Below are positions 30,784 through 41,253 of a stretch of 64,000 nucleotides of DNA, piece by piece; the first letter of the stretch is position 1; every line of letters starts with the position of its first letter. The stretch is from a virus (Duplodnaviria > Caudoviricetes): the IMG/VR virus record IMGVR_UViG_3300032030_000026, positions 51,074-115,073 of that record. The stretch is one strand, 5' to 3'. A model generated the notes under the pieces. That model saw nothing but the letters and a program-made list of their open reading frames with translations, searched no databases and had not been told where the DNA came from. Position numbers and translations under genes: made by a program.

Positions 30784-32586
30784 CTAATATAATAATTCGC
30801 CACTATTCATAAAATTTCCCATTCTCAAATATTCGGACGCTTGTCTTATCAATCTCGGATCACTTGAATTAGAAATATTCGGGCCCATAGTAGCATAATA
30901 GTTTACATATTTTTCGTTAGTAACGCCTTCCCGGTCTTCAAACTCTTCTCGCAGATATTTGAATTGCAGAGATTCTTCCGCCAAGACTAGCTGAGCTTGA
31001 GACATGACCATATCATCGTGTCCGAAGCTGGCTTCATAGGAAGATCCGGATTGTGCGAAATTTTTCAGCTCTAATAAGAATTTGACATCGTTGTTTTGAA
31101 TGTATCCTTTTTCGAATGCGGTCTTGAAGAGCTTGCACATCTTATTCTTGCTAGATTTAGTAATCCGGACCCCTAATTTGAACTTGTCATAATTATCATC
31201 ATTATAGAATTTGATAATATTGCTATACCAATGCTCTTTAAGCTTGTCTATCCATAATTCCCCATATAAGTTATATTCTATGGAAATCAGGAATCTTTCC
31301 GGATGTAGATAGTTTTTATAGAACTCCGATAATCTAGAACAACATTCTTTATCATCCAAAGTGTTGGATCGAAAATATCCTATAGTTTTAGTAATAGGAT
31401 CATTATTGTCGGATACCCCTATAATCTGATTGAAAGTTTGCACCGTATAATCTCCGCCTATGCCCTCGGAAATATCTGTAGTAAGTACTAAGTATTGATT
31501 TTTAAGATCATAAATATCCACCTCCGGATCCCAATAAAAATCATCATTGAAGCAGCCCGGCATATCCTTTACTATAAATTCTATAGTGGATTTAGCACAG
31601 TCATTAAGTTTCTTTTTAGAAATCAGAGCATTATTGGCGGAGCTGAATTCCGTTCCAAATTGTTCATTGAACGCTTCTTCACTGCCCAAGTTTCCGATTT
31701 GCATTTTCTTCCAAGCCTCATCCCGCTTATACCATATCTTTCTATCGGGATCCCATTCCGGAACCTGATCCCAGTCGACCTTAAATGCCGCATATTCATT
31801 TTCTCCTTTCACGGCGGCTGTATAGATCTTAGAAAATAACTCTAATCCATTTTGAGTAGAGGTGATCATCAGGCGGGCGCGTCCGGCGGAGATGGTAGGG
31901 AATATATTTTTATAGAATGGTTCTTGGATATTAGGAGCAATGTGAGCAAACTCGTCTAGCAATACACAGTGCAAGGTATAGCCGATACCGGAGCGTTGGG
32001 TGGTAGCTTCGGCGATGATCATGCAGCCGTTATCCAGAGAGATCTTGCCTTCATTCCAGACTCGGATTCCGGGCTTTAGAAAATATGGAAGTTCATAAAA
32101 GATATCTTTGGTTTTTTTCAGAATTTCTACGGCGGTATCTCTTTTGTTTCCTAATACCATAGCATTCTTGTCCGCATTAAATATTACATACCACAACATA
32201 AAGATGGCGGAGGTAGTGGTTTTACCGGACTGACGAGCCGAAAGCATGATACTCAAACGATTAGCTTGTAAATGTCTTAGGTAATCTTCTTGATAATCTC
32301 TTAATGTAATGCTTTGGATTCCATCCGGGGTCATCAGTTTGCAATAGGTATTAGCAAAGTATATGATGTCATTAGCACATCTTTTCCATTCTTGAATTTC
32401 TTCCGGTGTTCTTTTATATAGCAGATCCGGTTTTAATAGCTTCGTATTTTTTTCATAAAACGGATTGACCGCTAGAGGTAATCCTTTATCAATGCCGTCT
32501 AGAGCCTGCTTTATAATCTTGCTAGTCCACTGGACAGCCTCCGCTTTTTTACCACCGACTGTTTCTTTTATAGGGTTAAAAGCCAT
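30784..32586 (-). CDS. terL: terminase large subunit (T4 gp17-like)
   Basis: LRDYQ, ARQSGKTT (Walker A), LLDEFAH (Walker B), ITSTQNG, DISEGIGGDY, GHDDMVM nuclease motifs. Confidence 0.95.
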   Translation of the reverse strand: MAFNPIKETVGGKKAEAVQWTSKIIKQALDGIDKGLPLAVNPFYEKNTKLLKPDLLYKRTPEEIQEWKRCANDIIYFANTYCKLMTPDGIQSITLRDYQEDYLRHLQANRLSIMLSARQSGKTTTSAIFMLWYVIFNADKNAMVLGNKRDTAVEILKKTKDIFYELPYFLKPGIRVWNEGKISLDNGCMIIAEATTQRSGIGYTLHCVLLDEFAHIAPNIQEPFYKNIFPTISAGRARLMITSTQNGLELFSKIYTAAVKGENEYAAFKVDWDQVPEWDPDRKIWYKRDEAWKKMQIGNLGSEEAFNEQFGTEFSSANNALISKKKLNDCAKSTIEFIVKDMPGCFNDDFYWDPEVDIYDLKNQYLVLTTDISEGIGGDYTVQTFNQIIGVSDNNDPITKTIGYFRSNTLDDKECCSRLSEFYKNYLHPERFLISIEYNLYGELWIDKLKEHWYSNIIKFYNDDNYDKFKLGVRITKSSKNKMCKLFKTAFEKGYIQNNDVKFLLELKNFAQSGSSYEASFGHDDMVMSQAQLVLAEESLQFKYLREEFEDREGVTNEKYVNYYATMGPNISNSSDPRLIRQASEYLRMGNFMNSGELLY

Positions 32587-32653
32587 GCAATTAATTATTT
32601 TCACAAAATAATACGGATCCCGAACTATTTTTTTATAAAAACAAAGTCATAAC

Positions 32654-34981
32654 ATGGCTCGTTATCAGTTATTTCGTACATCCCCAAGCCTTACCGGACA
32701 AGTAAGATTGGATATAATTGTAAATAAAAATGAAGAATCTCAGCTAATTGCCGGTGATGAGATACACATAGTTCCTATTAATGATAATATAGATTTCAAT
32801 GAGTCTAATAAAAGAAACACATTAAAGTATTCTCATAGAGAGAATATTAAAAATCTGTATCGAGAGATAAGCGAAGATTTTTATAGCACCGAAGGGGAAT
32901 ATGTCGGAAATTCTTGGCTATATGATAGTGTCACTAGAAAAGACCCGCATTCTCATACGTATATGGCCGGTCCCAAACGAATGAGATATACCCGATATGG
33001 AAAACAGATGTCATATATGATACCTATATGGATCTCCGAATATACGGATTTTAATAAGATGAGATTTGTGTGTCATATCGGGTCCGGCGATCGTGATGCT
33101 ATTATAAGCTCTTTCAGGCTTTCACCGGACATTATCGGATATTTGCAAGAATATATGGACATGTCCGCCACCGGAGAATGCGTGTCCGATAATTTGTTGA
33201 ATGTTGATTTAGAGAATATGGACTCATATATTCAAGGTGTGCAAGCCGACACCGGACAATATATGACGCGAGATACTTCTTATATAATGAATTTTCTTCT
33301 TAAGAGAGAACGACCGATGCTGGAATTAGATTCATCTTTATTAGATCTATTCCGCCAGAACAATATGATCGCCCAGCAGATATTGAATCTGAATTTTGTT
33401 TTTAATATTCAGGATATTTCCGGTGCTTGGCCCGAATACTATTTATATAATAAGCAAATACGTCTATGGATAGATGTCCAATATGAGAATAAATCCTTGG
33501 AATATAAGGATTTATATACCAATTATCAATTTATTCCTAAATATAATCTACAGTCCGGTGAATATACTCATGATAATGTGTTAGATTTTATGGAAGATTA
33601 TAATTGCATTGATCTTGTGGGTGTGAATAAATTCACCCAGCCGGTGTTCCACTGGGCATTAGTTAACAATCCTAATTATATCTTTAATTTATATTCCGGA
33701 TGCTCTCCTTATTTGGAAGGAGGACTGGTTTTAGACGGAGGGACTTTTAATTGGGTGGATATTTCATTAGATGAAGCGGATCCATGGAAACAAAATTGGA
33801 AATGGGCTAAATTTGCTAATAAAACGGGTATAACAAATTGGAGAAGCGATTATGATGATGACATGTCCGCCGGGCATCCGGAGCATAGATTTTCTAAAAT
33901 TATAGTTAACTCCGGTAGCTTAGCAATAGAAAGCAATATGTTTAGAAAGTTCTTTGATGATGAAGATATGTCCGCGTGGTCCGATGTGTGGGATAACTTA
34001 AAATCTAAAAATATATGGATAACTACGGTTTTAAATTCGGATCAAATTGAAAAATATAGTTTTAATTTTAGTACCCCTGGAGATAATATATGCATTTTTA
34101 TAAAATGCAATAGTTTCGATAATCTGGTATTGTATAAAATGTGTCATGATTCCGATCTTCCCGGTATTATAAATGACATTCCGGATGGTTATGATGGTGT
34201 GAGTCCCGAAGATATGATTCTAATCAAGAGTTTATTAAGATATATTATAGGAGACAGTCCTGTGTCGGATAAGAATTTGTGGGATAGATGGATAAAACCC
34301 AATCTTATTGAATTTGACAATATCATGGATATTTACAAGGAGAATAAGACCTTTGTAGGTCAGCAAACTAAAGAATTTAAATATATAGAACCGGAAAATA
34401 TAAAATATGATTATATGTATAGATATTCCGGAAACCTATGTCCGATTTTTATCGATCCCGAAGATCCGGTGTTCTATAATCAATACTATAGATATTATCA
34501 ATGGGATAATAAACGGAGTGATGTAATGAGGGAATGTTCTATATTAAAAAACAAGAGAATACCAATGTCTTATCCATCTATTAAACTAGGTGAAGACCAT
34601 GAAGGCAATATAAATTATTTCCCGTGGATTGAAGGCGGAAACTCCGGATCATCTCCTTTTTATTCCGATTGGAATACCGATATGATTTGGGGCAGGAATA
34701 ATTTATTATGGAATCTGCCACCCACGGTAATATTCCGAAAAGAAATTCCGAGGAATCTATCGCCGGAGGAAATAGATAATGAAATATGGCTGGGCTTTAT
34801 TAATGCCCTTAGAGATATGAGTTCCTCACAAGATTGTCCATTGGTGGATATTATAGAAGCTCACATGGATGAATTTTATGAATTTATAAATAAAAATTAT
34901 ACAATAATTCAAAATTTTGAATATAAGAGTCTTACCGACATTGACAATATTATTTATACAATAACTTATAAATTAAGATAG
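32654..34981 (+). CDS. putative virion (baseplate-type) structural protein
   Basis: 775-aa aromatic/acidic ORF. Confidence 0.55.
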   Translation: MARYQLFRTSPSLTGQVRLDIIVNKNEESQLIAGDEIHIVPINDNIDFNESNKRNTLKYSHRENIKNLYREISEDFYSTEGEYVGNSWLYDSVTRKDPHSHTYMAGPKRMRYTRYGKQMSYMIPIWISEYTDFNKMRFVCHIGSGDRDAIISSFRLSPDIIGYLQEYMDMSATGECVSDNLLNVDLENMDSYIQGVQADTGQYMTRDTSYIMNFLLKRERPMLELDSSLLDLFRQNNMIAQQILNLNFVFNIQDISGAWPEYYLYNKQIRLWIDVQYENKSLEYKDLYTNYQFIPKYNLQSGEYTHDNVLDFMEDYNCIDLVGVNKFTQPVFHWALVNNPNYIFNLYSGCSPYLEGGLVLDGGTFNWVDISLDEADPWKQNWKWAKFANKTGITNWRSDYDDDMSAGHPEHRFSKIIVNSGSLAIESNMFRKFFDDEDMSAWSDVWDNLKSKNIWITTVLNSDQIEKYSFNFSTPGDNICIFIKCNSFDNLVLYKMCHDSDLPGIINDIPDGYDGVSPEDMILIKSLLRYIIGDSPVSDKNLWDRWIKPNLIEFDNIMDIYKENKTFVGQQTKEFKYIEPENIKYDYMYRYSGNLCPIFIDPEDPVFYNQYYRYYQWDNKRSDVMRECSILKNKRIPMSYPSIKLGEDHEGNINYFPWIEGGNSGSSPFYSDWNTDMIWGRNNLLWNLPPTVIFRKEIPRNLSPEEIDNEIWLGFINALRDMSSSQDCPLVDIIEAHMDEFYEFINKNYTIIQNFEYKSLTDIDNIIYTITYKLR

Positions 34982-34988
34982 TCCAATT

Positions 34989-37900
34989 ATGGCCGAAATT
35001 AGAGATTTTTTAGCCGATATGACGGTCCCAACCCTATCTTCGCAGAATTTTGCGACAGATTTCGAAGAATTTTGTAAAGCGGTAAGGGATAACATAAATA
35101 AAATAGTAAGTGCTCCGTTTCTCAAAGGAGATCGAGGTAGTCGAGTAAGAATTAAAAATGAATATTTAAAACTTCAAGTAGACGCGGATGGAGCCCCCGT
35201 ACCGCCCGGAGAAATCGGAGATCATGAAGAGTGGTCCGATTTTGCCAAAAGCTTGATTTGTGCTATATACGGCACTCATCCCGGAACTATAAATCCGGAT
35301 CTGCCATTGCCATTAGTAGATATAGATTCAAATCATCCAAATGGCCTTATAACTCCGGATGATTCCGACTGGGAGAATATGATTATGATAGATGGCGGAT
35401 ATGTAACTCCGGCGGGGCTTGGATATGAATTTGAATCTTTCGGAGATTCGGCCGGAACTATGCCGTATGGGAATGGTAAAGTAAAGATAATTTCAGCCAC
35501 TGACACCAGTACGACCGTGCGTGTTGTTGAAAATAGTGAACCCGGCTGGGTTGGGAGAGAGTTTGTAATCAGCGCTACCGAAGATAATTTTGATCGGAGC
35601 GAGTATTATCAAATTATGGAAAATGGCATGGCGGTCGATGTGTGGGTAAAAATTGGAGATAAGATATATTTGCCGAATGATGGTGAAGACGATCCGGAAC
35701 TGTTCTTCTCTTATGATATATTTAATGATTTAGAATATATCCCGGTATGCTATGATGAAGATTCCGGTAAGAAGTTCTTATGTGTACCGTTTTATTTCTT
35801 CGATGGCAGGCTTAATTATGTCGGATATATGGATTGGACCCTTTCTCTATTTCGGGATATGTCCGTTACCGTATTTGGAGAGGCTGATTTTATGGGCGAC
35901 CCAACTAGAGAAGATATTGAAAATCCAAATTGCTGGAATTGGATTATGAATACTACCAATGCTCTGCCTAAACTATATTATAATACGGAACTTGATCAAT
36001 TTTGTTGGGAAATTGCCGGGGAACAAACCAATATCATCGCACAAGGGTTAAAAGGCGACAAAGGAGATTCCGCTAATATTTGGTTATGCGGAGGAGAAGT
36101 TACCGGCGGCGTTGCCGAAGAGATTATTACAATTAACAGGATATTAGCACCCTACGATGGCATGCCGATTTCTAATATACAAACCGGGGATTTAATTATA
36201 GCGGTATATGACGACAGCACCGGACATGAAGAGCCCGGAGAAAATCCTCCATACCGCCGCGTTCAATTCGGTATTGCTCACGTTTCAGGCCCGCAATGCT
36301 ATATTGATTATAAATATGATTGCGAAATTATACACAAACTTCGAAATTATAGCTTGCATGATTATCTAAGAAGTATCGGTGTAGAGCCGAATGGCGATAA
36401 TGCTAGCGGAGGATTAATCACCGCATTATATTCATTAGAAAGAGGAATGCGAACCAATGCTATGGCTATGTGGGCTAGCCAATGGAATCCGAACCTCGGC
36501 GATAATGGTGGATGGAATGATAATCAGCATTTCATAGCGCCTATATCATTAGCGAAAACGTCCGGCGATCTGATGAATACCGATAAGAACACTTTGCCTA
36601 ACAAAATATTAAATATTCTATATGATACAGTTGTTTTCAAAAAAACAATACAGGCTGATAATATTGTCACTAACAACGGCATAACTACTAATGCTGTCAG
36701 CACTTTGCAAACACCGATTACCGGAAACTATCTGAAAGAATATCGATTGGGTGTATTATGTAATATTTTATCAGCCCGAAAGTCCGATAATCCGATTACT
36801 GGCAGGATGGGAGAGGGTAATATTATTAGTACTGATGATCTTGATACGCTTTCCGGTACCGGCTCGACAGTAAGATCAACGGGGGAATTTCTATATATAG
36901 AAAGTGAATTGGTTGTGGGCTGGATACCATCCCTTATTGCGGATATATTCCATGAGAACTTAAGCGATAATCGAAACAACCCGACGCTGGACATATATCG
37001 TGCCCAAAAATATCATCTTTATGTTAGAGTGCCGGTGTTAGGTAGTATTGGTAAGGCTAGAATTTCATTAGACGGCCGTTCTTGGAGCCAGACTATATAT
37101 TTGAATACGACATCCGGCACATCCGCTAATGCCGCATCTTCATTATCACATAAGGGCTCGGGAAGAAATATGACTATATCTATTGATGAGAATATGAAGT
37201 TCGAGGAATTTACAAAGTGGCAAAATAAATCAACCATTGATTCTTGGTTTGCAAGTCATGACATATATTCGCAAATCCGCCTTACCGGATATAAATATAC
37301 ACACAATAATCAAACCTCCCTTGAGTTTTTCTACGAATTTGCAACACCCAAAGGATTTTTGCGTAAAGATAAAATCAAATATAAGGCGGATAGTGGAGAA
37401 AACCGATACTATTTCTATCTAAATCAATTTAGATTATTAGATGGAAGTTTGAAGATGTCCGCTAGTGGGGGCTTTAATATAGATAACTTATTCTGGTTTG
37501 GATCACGCAATATAACAACCGTGTTTGCCGATAGACAAGACACTACTCCGGAATCCTTGAAGTGGCCGCTTACGGATGATGGATATTCGTTCTTGAATTA
37601 TTTTAAATCAGGACAGAATAATTATATTCGTACAACAAACGATGAAGGTAATTATATGTGGCAAGGCCGCATTTTAAGTGCTAATCCTAAAGGTAATACG
37701 ACTTCCGGTAAAAAACAAGATCTTTATTATATCAACACATCGTTTTATGAAACTCTTTACCCATCCGACTTCTTTACATTCATTGTTAAAAATCCGGATA
37801 ATGATACCTATAATGATTCTATAAGACATATTTCTAAAGTACCCATAAATTCAGCAATACATATTTATCCGGAAGGAATATGCGGTTTAGCATACGATCG

Positions 37901-38009
37901 CGTTATAACTAATAGCAATAATTCCGCATGGAATCCGGATGTCGTGGATCCTGCGGCAGCTACAATCGGAGCATATGTACCGGCGGAGTATCAAAGTCTC
38001 CAATTATAA
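34989..38009 (+). CDS. putative virion structural/fibre-associated protein
   Basis: 1006 aa; KGDRG/KGDKGD hinges; contains an ~80-aa domain shared with 59692..61332. Confidence 0.55.
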   Translation: MAEIRDFLADMTVPTLSSQNFATDFEEFCKAVRDNINKIVSAPFLKGDRGSRVRIKNEYLKLQVDADGAPVPPGEIGDHEEWSDFAKSLICAIYGTHPGTINPDLPLPLVDIDSNHPNGLITPDDSDWENMIMIDGGYVTPAGLGYEFESFGDSAGTMPYGNGKVKIISATDTSTTVRVVENSEPGWVGREFVISATEDNFDRSEYYQIMENGMAVDVWVKIGDKIYLPNDGEDDPELFFSYDIFNDLEYIPVCYDEDSGKKFLCVPFYFFDGRLNYVGYMDWTLSLFRDMSVTVFGEADFMGDPTREDIENPNCWNWIMNTTNALPKLYYNTELDQFCWEIAGEQTNIIAQGLKGDKGDSANIWLCGGEVTGGVAEEIITINRILAPYDGMPISNIQTGDLIIAVYDDSTGHEEPGENPPYRRVQFGIAHVSGPQCYIDYKYDCEIIHKLRNYSLHDYLRSIGVEPNGDNASGGLITALYSLERGMRTNAMAMWASQWNPNLGDNGGWNDNQHFIAPISLAKTSGDLMNTDKNTLPNKILNILYDTVVFKKTIQADNIVTNNGITTNAVSTLQTPITGNYLKEYRLGVLCNILSARKSDNPITGRMGEGNIISTDDLDTLSGTGSTVRSTGEFLYIESELVVGWIPSLIADIFHENLSDNRNNPTLDIYRAQKYHLYVRVPVLGSIGKARISLDGRSWSQTIYLNTTSGTSANAASSLSHKGSGRNMTISIDENMKFEEFTKWQNKSTIDSWFASHDIYSQIRLTGYKYTHNNQTSLEFFYEFATPKGFLRKDKIKYKADSGENRYYFYLNQFRLLDGSLKMSASGGFNIDNLFWFGSRNITTVFADRQDTTPESLKWPLTDDGYSFLNYFKSGQNNYIRTTNDEGNYMWQGRILSANPKGNTTSGKKQDLYYINTSFYETLYPSDFFTFIVKNPDNDTYNDSIRHISKVPINSAIHIYPEGICGLAYDRVITNSNNSAWNPDVVDPAAATIGAYVPAEYQSLQL

Positions 38010-38057
38010 ATATATGATGAATTAATTATTATTGAAATACCAAATAAAGGATAAGAA

Positions 38058-39314
38058 ATGAATAGTATTTACAAGACATTGGTGAAGCTCGATTTTCCTA
38101 CAATTCTTTTCGAAGCTTCCGCTCAGACTACTACGGGTCAAGATTTAATCAGCAAGTATAAAAAAGCATGCATGGCCGGAGAGACCACATGCGCAATGGT
38201 TAACAATTTTATTAGAGAAGCAAAGGATTATACTTATGACTCTGGAGTAGCAGAGGCGCTTGGTAGAGTATCCGATGTTTTGAATGCTAACAAATATTCT
38301 TGGGCTATCTCAAGTGCTTGTGAGAACATTCAAGCTAATAAGTCTACTTATAATTATTTAGCTCGCAATGCGGCTGAAAAAGTCATGCCTATTTTGGAAA
38401 TGGAAGAAGACGAAGTCGTCCAATACATCAAAAGCGGTGCTTTCAAAAGTGTAATGCATGTAGAACAATTCCGCAATATTGCTAAATCTATTTATAAAGA
38501 CCAACCTATTGTAGAATACATCAATAACTTCAAAGCCACTAGACCTATTTCTATAGTAGAAGATAATGATGGTGCAATATTCTTCGAGGTACTTGGTAAT
38601 ATATATAAGATTCAGGACAAGCTTTTATATGAAGCAAAATCTAATGAAGTTAGTGACACATTTATCACTATTTCTCAGCTCCTGGAAAGCAATATGGTTT
38701 CTTTAGATACCGTTAATGAAACTGTGACTTTGAATTTCGGTAACAAAAAATACGAAGTTTCTAAACAGGATGAAGTTACTTTAATTTCCGGCGACAACAA
38801 GAAAGTTATGACGACATCCCAGTTGCGCGAAAATAACAATTTATATATTTCCGCTCTTCCTAATACGGCATCTAAATATAACCAAGCTGCCGTATTGGAA
38901 GCTTTAGCTAAATTAGTGGAGAATTTCGATAAAGTTCATGTTATGGATAATGTGTATGTAATTGAGTCGCAGTTTGATAAATTCTTCATTATTGAAAATG
39001 ATGGTAAAGCTGCTGTTAAAAGCATATTGTCCGGTCACAATGTGAGATTAAATGAATTTGGAGATATTACGGAGGTACTTAATACCGTTAAAAAGCAAAC
39101 CAAAGTGGACCTCACCGAGAAGTTTTCCGAAGCAATTGGTAAGAATATCCGGGATGCGGAAGCACAAGAGGCTCAGCAAATCCAAGAATCTCTTGAAAGT
39201 TCCGAAAATGACCAGAGACGCCGGAAGATTGCCGAGCTCACCCAAAGATATAAGAATGATCCTGCCAAGCTGGCCGTGCTTTCTAAGATAGCATCAGAAT
39301 TGAATTCACTTTAA
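38058..39314 (+). CDS. hypothetical protein, possibly head scaffold/core
   Basis: 418 aa, followed by its own terminator, multiple (L/I)xE motifs, C-terminal coiled coil. Confidence 0.6.
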   Translation: MNSIYKTLVKLDFPTILFEASAQTTTGQDLISKYKKACMAGETTCAMVNNFIREAKDYTYDSGVAEALGRVSDVLNANKYSWAISSACENIQANKSTYNYLARNAAEKVMPILEMEEDEVVQYIKSGAFKSVMHVEQFRNIAKSIYKDQPIVEYINNFKATRPISIVEDNDGAIFFEVLGNIYKIQDKLLYEAKSNEVSDTFITISQLLESNMVSLDTVNETVTLNFGNKKYEVSKQDEVTLISGDNKKVMTTSQLRENNNLYISALPNTASKYNQAAVLEALAKLVENFDKVHVMDNVYVIESQFDKFFIIENDGKAAVKSILSGHNVRLNEFGDITEVLNTVKKQTKVDLTEKFSEAIGKNIRDAEAQEAQQIQESLESSENDQRRRKIAELTQRYKNDPAKLAVLSKIASELNSL

Positions 39315-39335
39315 TCAGATTGTGAATATAATAAG

Positions 39336-39363
39336 AAAAGGACCTCACGAGGTCCTTTTTTTT
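39336..39363. terminator. bidirectional intrinsic terminator
   Basis: AAAAGGACCTC-ac-GAGGTCCTTTT between convergent genes. Confidence 0.8.
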
Positions 39364-39847
39364 ATTTTGGGAATCTTACTATTTTATGATATTTTCCCCA
39401 AGCATTTGGTGTTGGATTATATTTTTCCGATTTTTCAAATCCAAACTTCTCATATAATTTATACAGCACATCTAATGATATTTTAAACATATCATCCGGA
39501 TCTCCAACAAGAACGATATTATTATCATCCGCCCACAAAGATAATTCACTTAAAACGTACGAAGCTATTCCCCGATTACGGAGAGCCGGTTTTACTTGTA
39601 TGGATACAAGTTCTATTACCATGCTGTCAGTATGAAATAATTTTTTCTGGGAGTCATCTCGTTTAAGTATAAGTTCACTTAAGCCATATTCTTCGGATAA
39701 TTCCGGATGAAGATTATCTTCCGAATCCATGCTAATTATAAATGTTTCTAGATTTCTCGAAAAAGACTTTTCAAGTGATTTGTATAAATTTCCGGGTTTT
39801 ATTTTCACACCAGTTTTTCCTATAATAGATTCAATAATGTGCTTCAT
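39362..39847 (-). CDS. GNAT-family acetyltransferase with an MKHIIESIIG leader
   Basis: IQVKPALRNRGIASYVL (acetyl-CoA motif A) and LYKLYEKFGF. Confidence 0.8.
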   Translation of the reverse strand: MKHIIESIIGKTGVKIKPGNLYKSLEKSFSRNLETFIISMDSEDNLHPELSEEYGLSELILKRDDSQKKLFHTDSMVIELVSIQVKPALRNRGIASYVLSELSLWADDNNIVLVGDPDDMFKISLDVLYKLYEKFGFEKSEKYNPTPNAWGKYHKIVRFPK

Positions 39848-39892
39848 AATTAAATAATACTGGGTTCTTCCAAAGGATCTTTCGACTCTTTT

Positions 39893-40354
39893 TTAAAATT
39901 CATTGGCGTTGTCTAATAGATATTTAAGAGAATAATCCATATTTTGTATGATAATAGCCGGGTACTCATATTTGAGATCGTTCATAAATTCATCCCAATG
40001 ATCTTTGACGGCTTCATATGCCGCCAATGTTTCTCTATCCGGATCGTTTTTATATCTGTCATAACACTTTTGAATCCACTCTTCTTTAAGAGATGGGTCC
40101 GGGAAAACCACTATATATTCTTGATTTTTAGATTTTAAATATCTTCTTATTGCCTCATGCGACGGTACTAACACATTATATCCTTGATTCGCTAAGTCTA
40201 TAGCTACATTACAAAAAGATTCATACCATCCAATCGGCCGGATTTTCATATTATCTTCACCAACCCAAAAGCAATCGCTTCTTAAATCAATCCAACCTAT
40301 TTCTTTTAAAGAACTTTTCCCTATACAAGGAAAACCAACAACAATTTTACCCAT
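39893..40354 (-). CDS. P-loop nucleotide-kinase-like protein
   Basis: IVVGFPCIGKS Walker A. Confidence 0.7.
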   Translation of the reverse strand: MGKIVVGFPCIGKSSLKEIGWIDLRSDCFWVGEDNMKIRPIGWYESFCNVAIDLANQGYNVLVPSHEAIRRYLKSKNQEYIVVFPDPSLKEEWIQKCYDRYKNDPDRETLAAYEAVKDHWDEFMNDLKYEYPAIIIQNMDYSLKYLLDNANEF

Positions 40355-40363
40355 TTTATATAT

Positions 40364-41245
40364 TTATTTTTTAGGATCAAAAAATATAAATTTTCTTCTA
40401 TAATCGAGTCCTAATAAATTGTCAAATACATCTTTAAGTTCATTATATACAACTCCGGCCATATCATTTCCCTCGGCATTCTCCATAATGCGTGATGTAT
40501 TTATATATTCATTATTGTCCCGGTATGTCACATCCATTATAAGAGGGCTTTCAATCCATGCACCCCTTAAAAGATATCCTACCATGGTCATTTGAACTAG
40601 ATCTTCGTGTGTTAGATCTACTATGCCGGGTGCAAACGCCGGATTTTTTATAAACCTACTTCTTAATACCCTAGGATGCATCGGTGGAATAGCACCGGCC
40701 GGCATGGAATTGTATCTCACAGCACACTCGATCGGAAACGATAGAGTCCAATTTCCCACACACAATGGATCCGAATTTACCAGCTTATAATCAAGAGAAT
40801 CCGAATACCAGCAACTATAAAACATATCCGTGTTTATATCATAAGTAGAAGAAAACCTGTCGGCGGACATATAATCTATTTCGGATCCGCAAAATTTATC
40901 ACACTTATCAATATATTCTAAAGCATTCGAAAATAATATATCGTCGTGATCTAATTGTATAGTCCATTCATCGGGCTTGCATGAGATATGAGTTATAGCC
41001 TCTCTCTTTACTTCCCCTATAGAATACCCTATCATATTTTTTTCAAAGATTTTTACTTTATGGGAATCTTTTTCATATATGGGGTGGGTTTTTATAAATT
41101 CATTAAATGTTTTTTTGAAAAATGGCACTTCCGCCGCATCCAGGACTATCCATTCCCAATCCGTATACGTTTGATTCATAACAGATTCTATAACCATTTC
41201 GATGAGTGGCATTCTCTTATGTGTTGGTGTGATAATGCTTATCAT
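40364..41245 (-). CDS. GT2-family glycosyltransferase
   Basis: ISIITPTH..ESVMNQTYTDWEWIVLD..QLDHDDIL; probable start ATG 41245. Confidence 0.85.
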   Translation of the reverse strand: MISIITPTHKRMPLIEMVIESVMNQTYTDWEWIVLDAAEVPFFKKTFNEFIKTHPIYEKDSHKVKIFEKNMIGYSIGEVKREAITHISCKPDEWTIQLDHDDILFSNALEYIDKCDKFCGSEIDYMSADRFSSTYDINTDMFYSCWYSDSLDYKLVNSDPLCVGNWTLSFPIECAVRYNSMPAGAIPPMHPRVLRSRFIKNPAFAPGIVDLTHEDLVQMTMVGYLLRGAWIESPLIMDVTYRDNNEYINTSRIMENAEGNDMAGVVYNELKDVFDNLLGLDYRRKFIFFDPKK

Positions 41246-41253
41246 AAAAATTC

